A stretch of DNA of 64,000 nt from Strigamia acuminata (lineage: Eukaryota). Both the position numbers and the translations under genes were made by a program. The stretch's first letter is position 1. Every line of letters starts with the position of its first letter. The DNA is taken from assembly GCA_949358305.1 (NCBI GenBank), contig OX442314.1, positions 868,001 through 932,000 on the forward strand, in the 5' to 3' direction. Under the pieces are notes generated by a model. That model had not been told where the DNA came from, searched no databases, and saw nothing but the letters and a program-made list of their open reading frames with translations. Shown one piece after another: positions 36,901 to 50,600 of this stretch.

Positions 36901-39900
36901 TCGGACGTCGAGGCCGAATTGCGAATGATTAATTCGGAGAAAAACGTCGGAACTGATGATTGTCTTGATCAGGAGCGTCGTATAAAGAATAAAACACGTG
37001 CCCCGGATGTACGGCTGACCGTGCGATGCGTTTTCGGGTTCGGGAGAAGGAAAAGTGTTGTATTTTTTCTTGTTTTTAATTATTTTTTTGGTGTTTCAGT
37101 TATCGAGGATTTGATGGTCGGAGCAACGTGTTGTCGAATCGTAAGGGCGAAGTCGTTTACTCGGCATCGACTATGTGTGTTGTGTTGAACCGGGATACAT
37201 TACGGCAACGTTTTTACCGAGGACACACGAAGGACGTGCTTTGTTTGTGTCTTCATCCAATTGAAGATTTGGTCGCTTCGGCACAGGTCTTAAACCAACT
37301 ATTTATTTACATTTATGCATGTTTGCACCTACAAATGCATGTTTGAAAATTGGCACCTAAACAATGCAATTTTGCACCTAAACAATGCAACTTTGCACTT
37401 AAACAATGCAATTTTGCACCTGAAAAATGCAATTTTGCACCTAAACAATGCAATTTTGCACCTAAACAATGCAATTTTGCACCTAAACAATGCAATTTTG
37501 CACCTAAACGATGCAATTTTGCACCTAAACAATGCAATTTTGCACCTAAACAATGCAATTTTGCACCTAAACAATGCAATTTTGCACTTAAACAATGCAA
37601 TTTTGCACCTAAAAAATGCAATTTTGCACCTAAACAATGCAATTTTGCAATTTTGCACCTAAACAATGCAATTTTGCACCTAAACAATGCAATTTTGCAC
37701 CTAAGCAATGCAATTTTGCACCTAAACGATGCAATTTTGCACCTAAACGATGCAATTTTGCACCTAGACAATACAATTTTGCACCTAAACGATGCAATTT
37801 TGCACCTAAACAATGCAATTTTGCACCTAAACAATGCAATTTTGCACCTAAACAATGCAATTTTGCACCTAATCAATGCAATTTTGCACCTAAACGATGC
37901 AATTTTGCACCTAAACGATGCAATTTTGCACCTAGACAATACAATTTTGCACCTAAACGATGCAATTTTGCACCTAAACAATGCAATTTTGCACCTAAAC
38001 AATGCAATTTTGCAATTTTGCACCTAAACAATGCAATTTTGCACCTAAACAATGCAACTTTGCACCTAAACAATGCAACTTTGCACCTAAACAATGCAAT
38101 TTTGCAATTTTGCACCTTAACAATGCAATTTTGCAATTTTGCACCTAAACAATGAATATTTTGCATCTAAACAATGCAATTTTGCACCTAAGCAATGCAA
38201 TTTAGCACCTTAACTATGCAATTTTGCACCTAAACGATAAACGATGCAATTTTGCACCTAAACAATGCCATTTTGCACCTAAACAATGCTAATTTGGCTC
38301 CTAAAAAAGCATATTTGACTCCTAAAAATGCATTTTTGCTCCTAAAATTGTATTTTTGCTTCTAAAATTGCATTTTGGGCACCTAAAAATGCATTTTTGC
38401 TCCTAAATATACAATTTTTTGTATAAAAAAACTTATTTTTAATTTTGAATAATTAGATAGGATCTCGTTCTTCTATTCACGTGTGGTCCTACGAATCTCT
38501 CGCTCCCCTGTCGATCATGCGCGGACAAATAACAAGCAATGGCGCCTGCTGTTTGGACTTTTCGGGAGACGGCGTAAAACTGCTCAGTTTAGGCGTCGAT
38601 TCTTCATTAGTTGTTTGGGATTGGCGCCAGGGTGCAGCACTGTCAAGTGTCAGGTAACCAATCGGATTAAACCTCTCAAATTTGTTCCGAATAAAATTCT
38701 AATAAATTTCCCGATGAATCCAGCGGCGACTGGAAGAAAATATTCGCGGTCAAGTGGAATCCGTACGACGTCACCAAGTTCGTGACCGTCGGCGAAAAAA
38801 ATGTGAAATTCTGGCACCAAACCGGTCAAAACATAATTTAATTTTTTTTATTTAAAATTTATTTAACTTCGTGAATTTCGTACAAACAGATGTCGGATTC
38901 GTGTGTCGCCGCGGCAAATTTGATTCGTCACCCCGAGACACACTTTTGTGCATCGCATTTAGTCGTTCCGCCCAATCCTTCGTAACGGGCGGCTCGACCG
39001 GTCGCATCCACGTTTGGCAAAATGGCCGCTTGGTGCGCTCTATCCCCGGCCATTCGGGCCCGGTATTTTCAATTCACTCGGTCGATTCGGTAATTTAGTT
39101 TAATTTAACTGGAAATTCTAATAATTAAATAAAAATAAACAAGATTAAATATATTTCCTAGGGTTTTGTTAGTTGTGGCAAAGATGGCCGCCTGTGTCTG
39201 TGGGACGAGCATATTGAACGTTGTCTGCGCACTTACGTCATCGCCAACGAGAATCTCGCGCCCGGTTGGCCGGGCCCGTTGTCCCACGATCGGCCGCCGC
39301 TTCGCTCGTGTTTTCTCAGTCACTCCAAGATCGTAGTTGGCACGAAGTTTGGGGAAATCGTACAAGTAGATAAAGACGGTTTAATTCGCGTTTTAAACCA
39401 GGCAAGTTTGATTATTCATTTTGTTTAACTTGAAATGACTGTTTGTTTCAACTTCCGCCGTTGCTGGCGCCGTCTGTCGGCGACTTAAACTAAAATGGAT
39501 GCCAAATTTCCCGCTTCAACATAAAAGTGTATTACCGTACTGCCTCGATTTAACGCCGGTCGTATCTAAACGCCGGCTCCTGATTAAGCGCCGGGCAAAC
39601 TGAGGACGAAATGGCAATAAACGCCGGCCTTAAATGAACGCCGGGTTTGTTTAAACGCCGGGTTGAAACGTTTTTTAAACGTTTTGAGAGGTCTTTTGGT
39701 CGAAACATCGAAGAATAGCTAGCAATGAGTGGCTTTCCAATTTTTTTTTTCGGGTAGACGCCCGGCGCGAATAATCGCCGGGCTTTGAATGAACGCCGGG
39801 GGGGTCAACTAGAAAAAATGAATAAACGCCCCGGCGTTAAATCGAGGCAGTACGGTATTTTATATTTCTTTGTTGTTTATAAGAATTAGTACATTTTAGG

Positions 39901-42900
39901 GTCACTGCGCCGCTCTGGTGACGGGTTTGTGCACTCATCCTACAAGGGATCAAGTTTATACGGTCGGACATGACGGATTTCTCCGATCGTGGGATCTTTC
40001 GAGCGGTCATTCGTTGATGGTGCATCAACTACACGGATCCGCGACGTGTACGGCCATTTCGTCGGATGGTTTGTTTTTGGCTGTCGGATACGCAAATGGT
40101 ATATTTATTTTTTAAATAATTTAAATAGTTATTTAATTTTTAATTTTTAATTTCGGCACTAGGTGGCGTGGCTTTATTAAATTTGATCGGGCTGTCGTCG
40201 GTGTCTCCGGTTTATCAATTCCGTCATCGCAGTTGCTTCGTTTCGGTCGTAAACTTCGCACCGAGTATGATTTTGTTTGGTTTATCGAATTCTATTTAAA
40301 TTAGTTTTTGTTTGTACAGATGACAGGTTTTTATCGGTTGCCAGTCGCGGGTTCGTCGATATTTATCACGTGCCAAAAAATCGACGTGTCGGGGTTTGTG
40401 ATGCCAACTCGTGTTTTGTGCTTCGCACGGATTGGGATGTTACAAGTATTGAATTTGGCAAAAATGGAAGCGAAAATTGGAAGAGAATCTGGGATGTTCC
40501 GCAAGATTTTGCGAAATGTTACTAGAATTTGCAAAATTTTACGAGAATTTGCAAAATTTTACAAGAATTTGCAAAATTTTACAAGAATTTGCAAAATTTT
40601 ACAAGAATTTGCAAAATTTTACAAGAATTTGCAAAATTTTAGGAGAATTTGCAAAATTTTAGGAGAATTTGCAAAATTTTACGAGAATTTGCAAAATTTT
40701 ACGAGAATTTGCAAAATTTTACGAGAATTTGCAAAATTTTACGAGAATTTGCAAAATTTTACAAGCATTTGCACAATTTTACAAGAATTTGCCGAATGTT
40801 TCCAGATTTTGGCAAATTTTGTCAAAATTTGCCAAATTTTCTGCAAAGTTTACAAGAATTTGCAATTTTCTGCAAATAAGTTTACAAGAATTTGCAATTT
40901 TCTGGAAAGTTTACCAAGAATTTGCAATTTTCTGCAAATAAGTTTACAAGAATTTGCAATTTTCTGCAAAGTTTACAAGAATTTGCAATTTTCTGCAAAT
41001 ATAGTTTACAAGAATTTGCAATTTTCTGCAAATAAGTTTACAAGAATTTGCAATTTTCTGGAAAGTTTACCAAGAATTTGCAATTTTCTGCAAAATGTAC
41101 CAAGATTTTGCAATTTTCTGCAAAGTTTACCAAGATTTTGCAATACTTTGCCAAGTTTACCAAGATTTTGCAATACATTGCCAACTTTGACAAAATTTTG
41201 CATTACTTTGCCAAGTTTAACAAGATCTTGTAAAATTTAACAAGAATTTGTGCGATTTCATCCATCTTTGTAATACGGAACGAGACAGTGATATTAATAG
41301 GGATTTTACAACATCTTGCAAAATTTAATGGGATTTTGCAAGATTTATTGAAATATGGACTCGAGATGATGACGTATTTTTGTAGGCAAATTGATCCGAG
41401 CCGAATGTGACAACGGCTCAAACCTTTTCTTCGAAGCCCCGAGTGGTCGAAAACTATCACTCGATTCAATCCGCGTGCAATGGACATCCACTACGTGCCC
41501 ACACAGCGACGAAACGAGAGGAATCGACCACCCCGAGTCCGTAATCGCAGCAGATGTCGCCCCCTATGGAGACATTCTGGCAGTCGCCACCGACAAAGCC
41601 TCGCTCAAACTCTACCGATTTCCTCTGCACGGAAAACCCGCCAAATGTAAGAAATACCGAACTCAATCAACGAGAATCGCCAATGTCAAGTGGACTCACG
41701 ACGGACGATACTTAGTGACCGTCGGCAGCAACGACGGGACCGTCGTTGTGTGGCAGCGCGCATCGGCCGGCGAAGACCTACAGACGATCGAAGACAGCGA
41801 TTGTTCGTACGACACAGATCCCGACGACGAACAAGGTACAATATATCTGGAGCAAGATCTCGTTAAATCTACATAAATCTTTCAAAATCTCTTTAAATTC
41901 AGCAAAATCTGGATTAGATTTCGAAAAATCTTGATTCATAAATTTTCGCAAAAATTTGTACATTTTCGCAAAAATTTGTACATTTTCGCAAAAATTTGTA
42001 CATTTTCGCAAAAATTTGTACATTTTCGCAAAAATTTGTACATTTTCGCAAAAATTTGTACATTTTCGCAAAAATTTGTACATTTTCGCAAAAATTTGTA
42101 CATTTTCGCAAAAATTTGTACATTTTCGCAAAAATTTGTACATTTTCGCAAAAATTTGTACATTTTCGCAAAAATTTGTACATTTTCGCAAAAATTTGTA
42201 CATTTTCGCAAAAATTTGTAAACTCTCGCAAAATTTTGAGAACTGTCGCAAAAATTTGAAAACTGTTTTGAAAACTGTCGCAAAAATTTGAAAACTGTCG
42301 CAAAAATTTGAAAATTGTCGCAAAAATTTTAAAAATTAGCAAAAATTTGAAAAATTCGCAAAAATTTGAAAAATTTTGCAAAAGTGTCGATTTAATACAT
42401 TTAATTCAACTAGGTTACGACAGCGACGTAGAGAGGGAGAAAAACGCGACTGGCCATGAAAGCGGAATTCCACCACCAGACGAATTTGCCAACAAACTCC
42501 CATCACTCAATTTCGGAGCTCCGTCGTGCGACCCACCGACGCAGCGCCTGCGCCTTGAGCACGTGCACGGCTACCGCGGCCACGACTGCCGCAACAACGT
42601 CCGCTACGTGAACGACAACTCGGACATCGTCTACCACGTTGCACGGCTGGCAATCGTCGAGAATTTATCGTCCGGCGCCCAATCCTTTTACACGGCGCAC
42701 GGGCACGACATCACCTGCCTGGCGCTCGACCCGAGTCCGGCCGACAGGGGCGTCGTGGCGACCGGCGACTCGCACGCGTCCATCCACGTGTGGCACGCGC
42801 TCGACCTCAGCACGCTGTCCATCATCAACGGCGCTCCGACGTCGGACGCGCTCGTTTCTCTAAGTTTTTCGCCCAACGGTCAACTACTCGTGTCCGTTTC

Positions 42901-45900
42901 TCGAGACGTCGATCGCACGATCGACGTGTGGAGATGGCGCTCGGGCGTCCGCGCGGCCACTTGTCGCGGTCATCGTTTTCCGCTGTTCGACGCTCAGTTT
43001 CCGCCCGATTCGGACGCGCGTTTCGTGTCGGTCGGAGTGAAACACGTCAAGTTTTGGCAGCTGCTGGGCGGCGAATTGAGGGGCCGTCGAGGTCGGCACG
43101 GTCAAGAGATGGATCGAGTTCCCACTATGCTGTCTCTGGCGTTCGCAAGTGTAAGTAACGGCATCGTGTATAATAGACGGTTCCACGACACCACCGCCGA
43201 TTTTTTTCTGCCAAGTTTAACCTAGTGGCAAAACACGAAATTACTGACAATTTTAATTGCCAGCCTAGAGTGAGGGTCCAGTTTTTTTGAACACGTCTAC
43301 AACTGTACATTATTGTATGATTTTTGTGCAATACATGCGATTAGGTATTACAGTATTGAGAATGAGAATAGTGACCGGTTTCCCCTGTGCAGGTCACTGC
43401 CCTGCACAACGCACGCACCTGTTGCTGCGACCCCCGACATGACTCGGAAATGGGCAACAGCAAGTGCCTGGGACAGGCGACTGACCCACTGAGTAGTTTT
43501 TTGGCAACCATCATGACTTACTTGACAGGTGTGCTGGTTTTCCCACCTACTGGTACCTGAGCATCCAATTTGTTATGTTAGTTCATAACAGATTAATTGA
43601 TTACCGTATTTTTCCGATTAAGAGTCGCTTTCGTTTTGTAGCCGGCTACTATTCGCAAAATTTCACTGAAAATTAAAATTTCACTGAAAATTAAAATTTC
43701 ACTGAAAATTAAAATTTCACTGAAAAGTAAAATTTCACTGAAAAGTGAAATTTTAATGAAAAAAGTGAAATTTTAATGAAAAAAGTGAAATTTCAATGAA
43801 AAAAGTGAAATTTTAATGAAAAAAGTGAAATTTTAATGAAAAAAGTGAAATTTTAATGAAAAAAGTGAAATTTCAATAAAAAAAAGTGAAATTTCAATGA
43901 AAAAAGTGAAATTTCAATGAAAAAAGTGAAATTTTAATGAAAAAAGTGAAATTTTAATAAAAAAAAAGTGAAGTTTTTAGGAAAAAAGTGAAGTTTTTAG
44001 GAAAAAAGTGAAATTTCAATGGAATAAAGTGAAATTTCAATGGAAAAAAGGGAAATTTCAATGGAAAAATGAAATTCCAATCAAAATATGGTAAACAATT
44101 GTAATAAGAGCCGCCCCCAATTAAGAACCGCGGCTCAAAGCGCCCGTTTTGAACAAGAGCCACGGCTCTTATTTGGTAAAATACCGTGTTTGATTTTAGA
44201 ACAAGACGACATTGACCGGAAGTTGGGAAGGTGACATTTTCGTGTGGAGCGACACCACCTTGATCCGTGTGGTGGCGCGCGCTCACTCCGGTCCGATATT
44301 TTCCCTCCACGGCTCATCGTACGACGGACTCGTCGTATCCGGAGCCAAAGAAATTGAGTAAATCGAAAACAAACCAGAGAAAAAAAAACCGCAATTTTTC
44401 TAATTCTACTTTTTGATAACTTTTAGGAACGAGAATTGCGCGTCGGTCAAGTTGTGGGACCACCAAATGAGACGCTGCAAACCGTTTCGCGTCTCTCCGA
44501 CGTCCACCGACCCGATCGTCGTCCGCAGCGTGCACCGACACGGCGTAAAATTGATCGTTTGTGTTTCGTTTCGTTTTATCTAATTTTTATTCTTTAAAAA
44601 AATGGTCAGAATAAACTGTTGGTGGGCACGGGTGCCAACTGCGTCTACGAGGTCGACGAGAACACGAACGACGTGCAAGCGGTGCACGAATCGCACGGAC
44701 CGGGCCCGATCGCGCTGTGCCTGCACCCGGACTCGAACGTGGTCGCGTCGACGAACGACGACCGCTCGCTCCGTGCCTGGCACTTGGAAACGAACGTTCG
44801 TAGTGAAAATGGGGATTTTTTAAGTAATTTTTTAAGTAATTTGCGCGTCATTTCCGGCAGAGAGTTTTGGCGAATTTGTCGTTGCCTCGCGCCGGTTTGT
44901 GCGTGGATTGGAGCGACGACGGATCGTTGCTGGCCGTTGGTTTGTCCAATGGCGAGTTGTTGGTGTTTACGTGGTCCACGCTCGAGTTTTACACCAGACG
45001 GCGCGATCGCTCGTCGCCGCTCACTACTCTCAAGTGAGTTTTGGCGTTTGTTTTGAATATAATTATGGTATTTGTTTTGTTTTGTTTTGTTTTGAATAAA
45101 TTTATTTGTTTTTGTTTTGTTTGCAGATTTAGTCCTGATTCGTCCATTTTGGCTTTGGGTTTCGCGAATGGGTTTCTCGACTTGATTCGTCTGACGGCTC
45201 CAATTTCCCGTTCGTTTTCTCTCTCGTTTTCGTCGGTTTTCTGCATGGATTTTTCGCGCGATTCTTCAGTTCTTCGAGTGAGAATTGGCACAACAATGCA
45301 CATTTTGCAATTTGGCACCGAAACAATGCATATTTTGCAATTTGGCACCTAAACAATGCATAATTTGCAATTTGGCACATAAAACAATGCATATTTTGCA
45401 ATTTTGCATCTAAAAATGCATATTTTGCATCTAAAAATGCATATTTTGCATCTAAAAATGCATATTTAGCATCTAAAAATGCACATTTTGCATCTAAAAA
45501 TGCATATTTTGCATCTAAAAATGCATATTTTGCATCTAAAAATGCATATTTTGTTTCTAAAAAAGCATTGTTGTTCCTAAAAATGCATCGCTAATCAATG
45601 CTTTTAAAAATGAATTTTAATAAGTAAAAGTGCATTTTAACATCTAAAAATGCCGTATAGCGTCTAAAGAAATGCGTTTTAACATCGAAAAGTGCTATAT
45701 TTCTTCACAAAACTACTGTTTTTAAGCATTAATTGGGCCGAATGTTTTTTTTTTCTTGCCTAACTTTAGGTGTGCGATTCGAATTGCGAGGAGTTTTTTG
45801 TGTCAATTCAATCAGGCCGACTTGTTTCATGCCCTGGTTCGGTCGAGTGGGCCACATGCACCAAGTGAGTAGCATTACACACAATCAATTCCACTCGTAA

Positions 45901-46352
45901 ACCCGTTTCTTCTTTTCTTCCTTCCTTTCTTTCTTTCGCTCCAGTCCTTTTGATCGTCAAGTGCTGGGCGTTTGGCCGCGAGATGCGACGAGTGTCGTTT
46001 GCTCGCGGGTCAATCACGGCGCGAGTTTAGTGGCCACAGGTGACCGGTCGGGCTGCATCAAATTATTTTCTTTTCCTTGCCCGAATGCCTTCGTAAGTTG
46101 CAGAATTTCTAAAAAAAAAATTATTTTTTTATTTAAAATTTTTCTTTATTTGTTTTAGGCAAAATACAACAAATTCGGATGTCATTCGCCGGACGTTAAG
46201 TGCGTCTGTTTCACGCACGACGACAGATTTCTCGTATCCAGCGGGTCGTCGGACAACTGGTAAAATAAAATCCCATCTGTTAAACCGTGTTTTTAATTCA
46301 AACAGCGTCTGTTTACAGCATTATGATCTGGCGCTGCGATTCGTCCGATTAA
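33916..46352 (+). CDS. EML6: Echinoderm microtubule-associated protein-like 5/6 (three HELP+WD40 units), multi-exon
   Basis: MDRSAPDRALVLDWIFGY..CRNNVFY; further HELP motifs near 37000 and 42540 (LEHVHGYRGHDCRNN); GVKHVKFW repeats; many WD40 exons; EML5 vs EML6 not resolvable; GC-AG intron 39402-39899. Confidence 0.92.
35050..35560. repeat. Degenerate ~31-33-bp intronic tandem repeat
   Basis: AAAATGCATTTTTTACGTGTAAAATTTGTTC-like units. Confidence 0.85.
37350..38405. repeat. Intronic 21-bp minisatellite (TGCAATTTTGCACCTAAACAA)n
   Basis: Visible tandem array. Confidence 0.97.
39535..39855. mobile_element. pogo-type MITE, TA TSD
   Basis: TA|CCGTACTGCCTCGATTTAACGCCGG...CCGGCGTTAAATCGAGGCAGTACGG|TA; internal AACGCCGG repeats. 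Confidence 0.92.
40520..41250. repeat. Intronic 20-bp minisatellite (ACAAGAATTTGCAAAATTTT)n grading into ~30-bp units
   Basis: Visible tandem array. Confidence 0.95.
41940..42385. repeat. Intronic 20-bp minisatellite (AAAATTTGTACATTTTCGCA)n
   Basis: Perfect core copies with degenerate 3' flank. Confidence 0.97.
43604..44186. mobile_element. Degenerate CCGTA-type MITE containing a 20-21-bp minisatellite (~43660-44080)
   Basis: TA|CCGTATTTTTCCGATTAAGAGTC ... GCTCTTATTTGGTAAAATACCG imperfect TIRs. Confidence 0.7.
45290..45590. repeat. Intronic 20-30-bp tandem repeat (TGCATATTTTGCATCTAAAAA)
   Basis: Visible array related to the 37350 unit. Confidence 0.9.
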
Positions 46353-46589
46353 ATTCATCGCATCAAACATTTTATTCTTATAAATCATGTTAAAATTATG
46401 TACAATTTTTACATGAAAAACAAAAATATATATATTAAATAATTAAATTTAATATAATTTTTTTTGAATTGAGGTACGGTATATCTGTTATTTCTTCTTG
46501 ACTATGACCGTTCGACATCACCATCGTCAAGAATCGGTGTGGGTTAGCATGCTGTTGAATCGAGTATTGAAATAGCAAACCGAACTGGC

Positions 46590-46790
46590 AAACCGAACTG
46601 TATCTTTATGGTGACTGGTGTGGATTTTCTGGGTTTTCATCTGTCAGACCAAGGTATTACCCCTTTGCCAAGCAAGGTCGAGGCGATAACAGCAGCGCCG
46701 TCGCTGATGAACGTGCACGAGTTAAGGGCCTTCCTCGGCTTGGTGACATTCTATGCTATTATTACCTAACATGGCGACGACACTTACTAT
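46590..46790 (+). mobile_element. Degenerate Gypsy RT fragment
   Basis: Translates VDFLGFHLSDQGITPLPSKVEAITAAP..NVHELRAFLGLVTFY. Confidence 0.85.
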
Positions 46791-47647
46791 TATTGAGTTG
46801 GTATAGATGCTTAGCCAAGTTGATTTGATTATGTAGGGTTGGAACTCAGTCATCTGTTATTTCACGACGGATACAGTGAAGTTTTATGTTAATTCGACTA
46901 TTATTATTTCAGTTAAAAATGATTAATCCCAAGGTTTTCAAAATGTAAGGAATAGTGACGAAAAAATTTTAAGTTCTTTGCCTATGTGTCCGAAAATAGT
47001 TTATACACTCAAGTGTTTTATTTAGCAACTCCCGCACCACAAAGAAATTAAGAAAAAAAATAAAATGAGTTCAAAATTGTGCAAAACACAACAACTACCA
47101 TCACTTCAATGGACTTTAAACTTCCACAAAGATGCATTAGGTGCTAATCCTTGACAAAGGAGCTCAATGTGAAGAGAATGCAATTGCAGAATGACAATAA
47201 CAAAAAGCGTCCTAAGAATTCCCTAATTGGAGCTAACCTATCTGAGAGTGTAAACTATCTGCCCAGAGAATTTACTCATTCTATTTGCCAGAACAGTGAT
47301 ACAAAGGAAATGATCAGGTAATAGCGCAGCCAATTATAAAAAATGCCAGAAAATAAGTTCATCTTTGCAAGAAACATATCTTGGTAGAGTGCTCTAAAGT
47401 AATAGGAGGCTTCTTTTCTCTTTCCTTTCTTCTCCAAATACTTTTTTAATTTTATTTTATCGAATTGAACTTCTTAGGTTCTATAGTGTAAGAATATGTC
47501 ATTCAATAAAATCCCCATTGGAACAATACACTGTAAAAACCCCAAAGATGAAATTATTTAAAGACAAGAAAGATGATCAATTGCTATGCTTCTATAAATT
47601 ATTTTATTTCAGTCTGAGGGATGTACAGATATTTTAAAACATTGCAA

Positions 47648-50600
47648 TTAAAATTCTCTAAACCTTTGAGAGGTACTACTATGAGCTTTGTTACATTTGC
47701 AAGTGTCGTAGGCACCTTCCTTCTTGAATTTGTAATACAGTTCGTGTCCTTGGGGATGATGGTGTCTGCGGGTGTGATGTCGTGGCCGTTCAAAATTTCC
47801 AACTTCCAGTCTTCCAGAATGTTTGGCATAATTTCTATTTTCATCACCATAATTTCTTGTAATGCTGTGAAATAGACGTCTGTAATCAAGTCTCCTTCTG
47901 TACTCTGGTCTCAAAACGATTCTTGGTTCAAAAACTAGCTTAGGTCTCAGTCTATAATCGGGTTCATCACTCGGTTCTTCAGTTGGTTCTTCAACATCCG
48001 TTTCTTTGTATTCTGGGAACGAACGGACTTTTGTACCAGCTAGAAGTTTACTAAAATCCAGTAAAGTAGAGCTGGCTTTAATGATGACAGGAATTTCCAG
48101 GGTTCCATCTTTTTCCTTGTTTTCATTGAAAGTCAAATCTCGATAAGTAGCAAAGAGAACGAGCAATTGAAGTTCTTCAGGTGTCAGTTGGAAAGTTCTT
48201 GGCTTGTCATTGTGAGTAGTTACTTCCACTTCGTAAGCACCTTCATCATGCTTTATCACAATGTTAACAAGCTTGGAAAATCGGACTTTTTTGACAAAAT
48301 CAAAAAATTCAGGCTTAATATGCGAGAAAACTAGATGTAAGCTATCTTTCCTGATAACCATAATCAGAGTATTGTCCTCATCTACGTAATAGTGATAAGG
48401 GAATTCCGGTCTACTGAACAAAGCCACAATCAACTGAGTAATAATAGGTGAAAGATTATCCGCTATCAGCTTATTCGGTCCATTTGACATTACAAAGTCG
48501 ATTCCATTATCTAGGTTTCGGGTAAACATAAGTTCCACATCAGGGCTATGTCGTGCTATGTGCGAAAACTTCAAGAAGCCTGGACGCATATTTCTAAAAA
48601 CCAAATTTGGTCTGTGTGCAGTAATTTCTACAGTAGCTTTGCCATCCCTTTCATCCAAAATTCTCGTATGTAATTTAGGCTGAGAAAGCAGAATACTTGC
48701 TAATTGAACGGTGGTAGGCGACTGATGAGGAAACTTTTTGCCATTGAGATCAAAGGTGTAAGAATCAGGCTTTGTCGAATGCGGCTTTTTCTTATCCAAC
48801 ACAATGGAAAATTTATCCTTGGGAGTTGGTTTCTGCTTGGTCAGAAAGTTTAATACTTCTGGGCTTACATTGTGCAAAATGTTGTGAGAAACTCTTTTCG
48901 GTGCAGTTACAATTAAATGTCCATCTTCGTCAACGGCCTACTTTAGAGGAAGACTTGGTTCAGTGTACAAGCGAACGAGAAAGTTAAGGAATAAGGGTTT
49001 GATATTGTCCTCAGAGAGTGGCTTTGAGGGGTCATTAAGGTCATCAAACACAACCTTGTAGGTGTTTGGTTTGCTACCTGGTGAAACAATGACAGAGTTG
49101 AGTTTTGGGTTTCTGAAGTCCCGAATCAACAACAGATCTTTCGGAGTAATTGGCACGTCAAATGTTGGTACGTCATCTCTGGATGGTCTGACTGTTAACT
49201 TTCCATCAGGTTGTGGTTGGACGCGATACTCCGTGGTTGGTGCATTAAACAATTCCACGATTAATTGAACAATCTTGGGTTCTAGATGTTTAAAATGTTT
49301 AATTGGTTTGTTTTGCTCTTGGAATATTACGTCATAGTGGTCTGGAATCTCAGAACTGGTCACGACCACTTCAAGATTTGGATGAGAGCGATGTTTGTCA
49401 ACAAATTTAAGCAAATCTTTGGATACATTTGGAACTATTAACTCTTTTGGTCGAACTGGAATAGTCAGGACATGTCTTCCATCTCTACCAGTATAAATAT
49501 GGAATGGAAGTTTTGGTTCAGTGAGTAACTTAGTGGCAAGGTTAACAATATTAGGAGCGACACGAGGATATGACTCTCTGTCTGGACCATGACCAACTAC
49601 AACCGTGGGTCGATTTTTTCTGTCACGCTTAATAGTGACATCTGTGTGCGGATGTCGTTTAATGTGATGGATCAAATCCACATCTTCTTTGTTAACCACA
49701 GCTGTCGTAGTTTTAGGCAGGTCTTCGGGCACATTACCATAGATTTGATTGTCACTTGTTGGCTTCAATTGTATGTTTCTGTGAGGATTTCTATACAATT
49801 TTATAACAACTGGCAATACTCTTTTTGGAATATTTGGATAGACATGCTCTTTTTTACCATCTTTGACAACGACAGTGAATGCTCCATCTTTTTGTGGTTT
49901 GATATTAAGCTTAACATCCTTTGGAGAATGGAGAAGTTTTATCAATTCCAGAACATCCGGTGTTATTTGCACATTATCTTCTTTGACATTTGATTTTGGC
50001 ACCGTGATGTAAAAGTTACCTTTCGGGGTTGGTTTAACAGTGAACGGAACATCTGGATGACTCTTCAAATCTATGATCAAGTCTAATGTCTCTTGGTTGA
50101 CATGAGGATAAGTCTTTGGCTTCTTATGTGGTTCTTTGGTTTCGATATCGAAGGTGTGGTCTGGTCCTGGCTTGACATTGATTTCTGTATCTGGATTTTG
50201 TTTAATATCTCTAATGATATCTAGAACGTCAGGCTTCACTTCATATCGATGGCTGTTGCTACTTGGTTCAGTTGGAACAAATTCGATTGTGTCACCTTTG
50301 CCTGGTTTGATTTCATATTCTACAGCAGGTTCACTGTACAATTTAGTGATAACTGGAATTAATTCTGGACTAATATGCTTGTACTCTTTTTTTGGTTTTT
50401 TACCATTTTGTACAACGACGGTAAAAGTTCCTGGTTTTTCTGGTATGATTGAAACTTTTGGTTGTGGTTTTTGTTTGATATTCTTTAATAAGTCAATGAT
50501 CTCTGGAGTTAGTTTTGTATGAACAGGTTGCGATTGGTGTTTTGGTACGACCAATTTAATCTTTCCACGCTTGTCTGAGTCTGACTTCACTCTGAATTGT

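Noticed and set aside
37313..38166. Overlapping repetitive ORFs (also 40308-41240, 41778-42381, 27413-27697)
   Set aside because: Translation artefacts of stop-poor minisatellites
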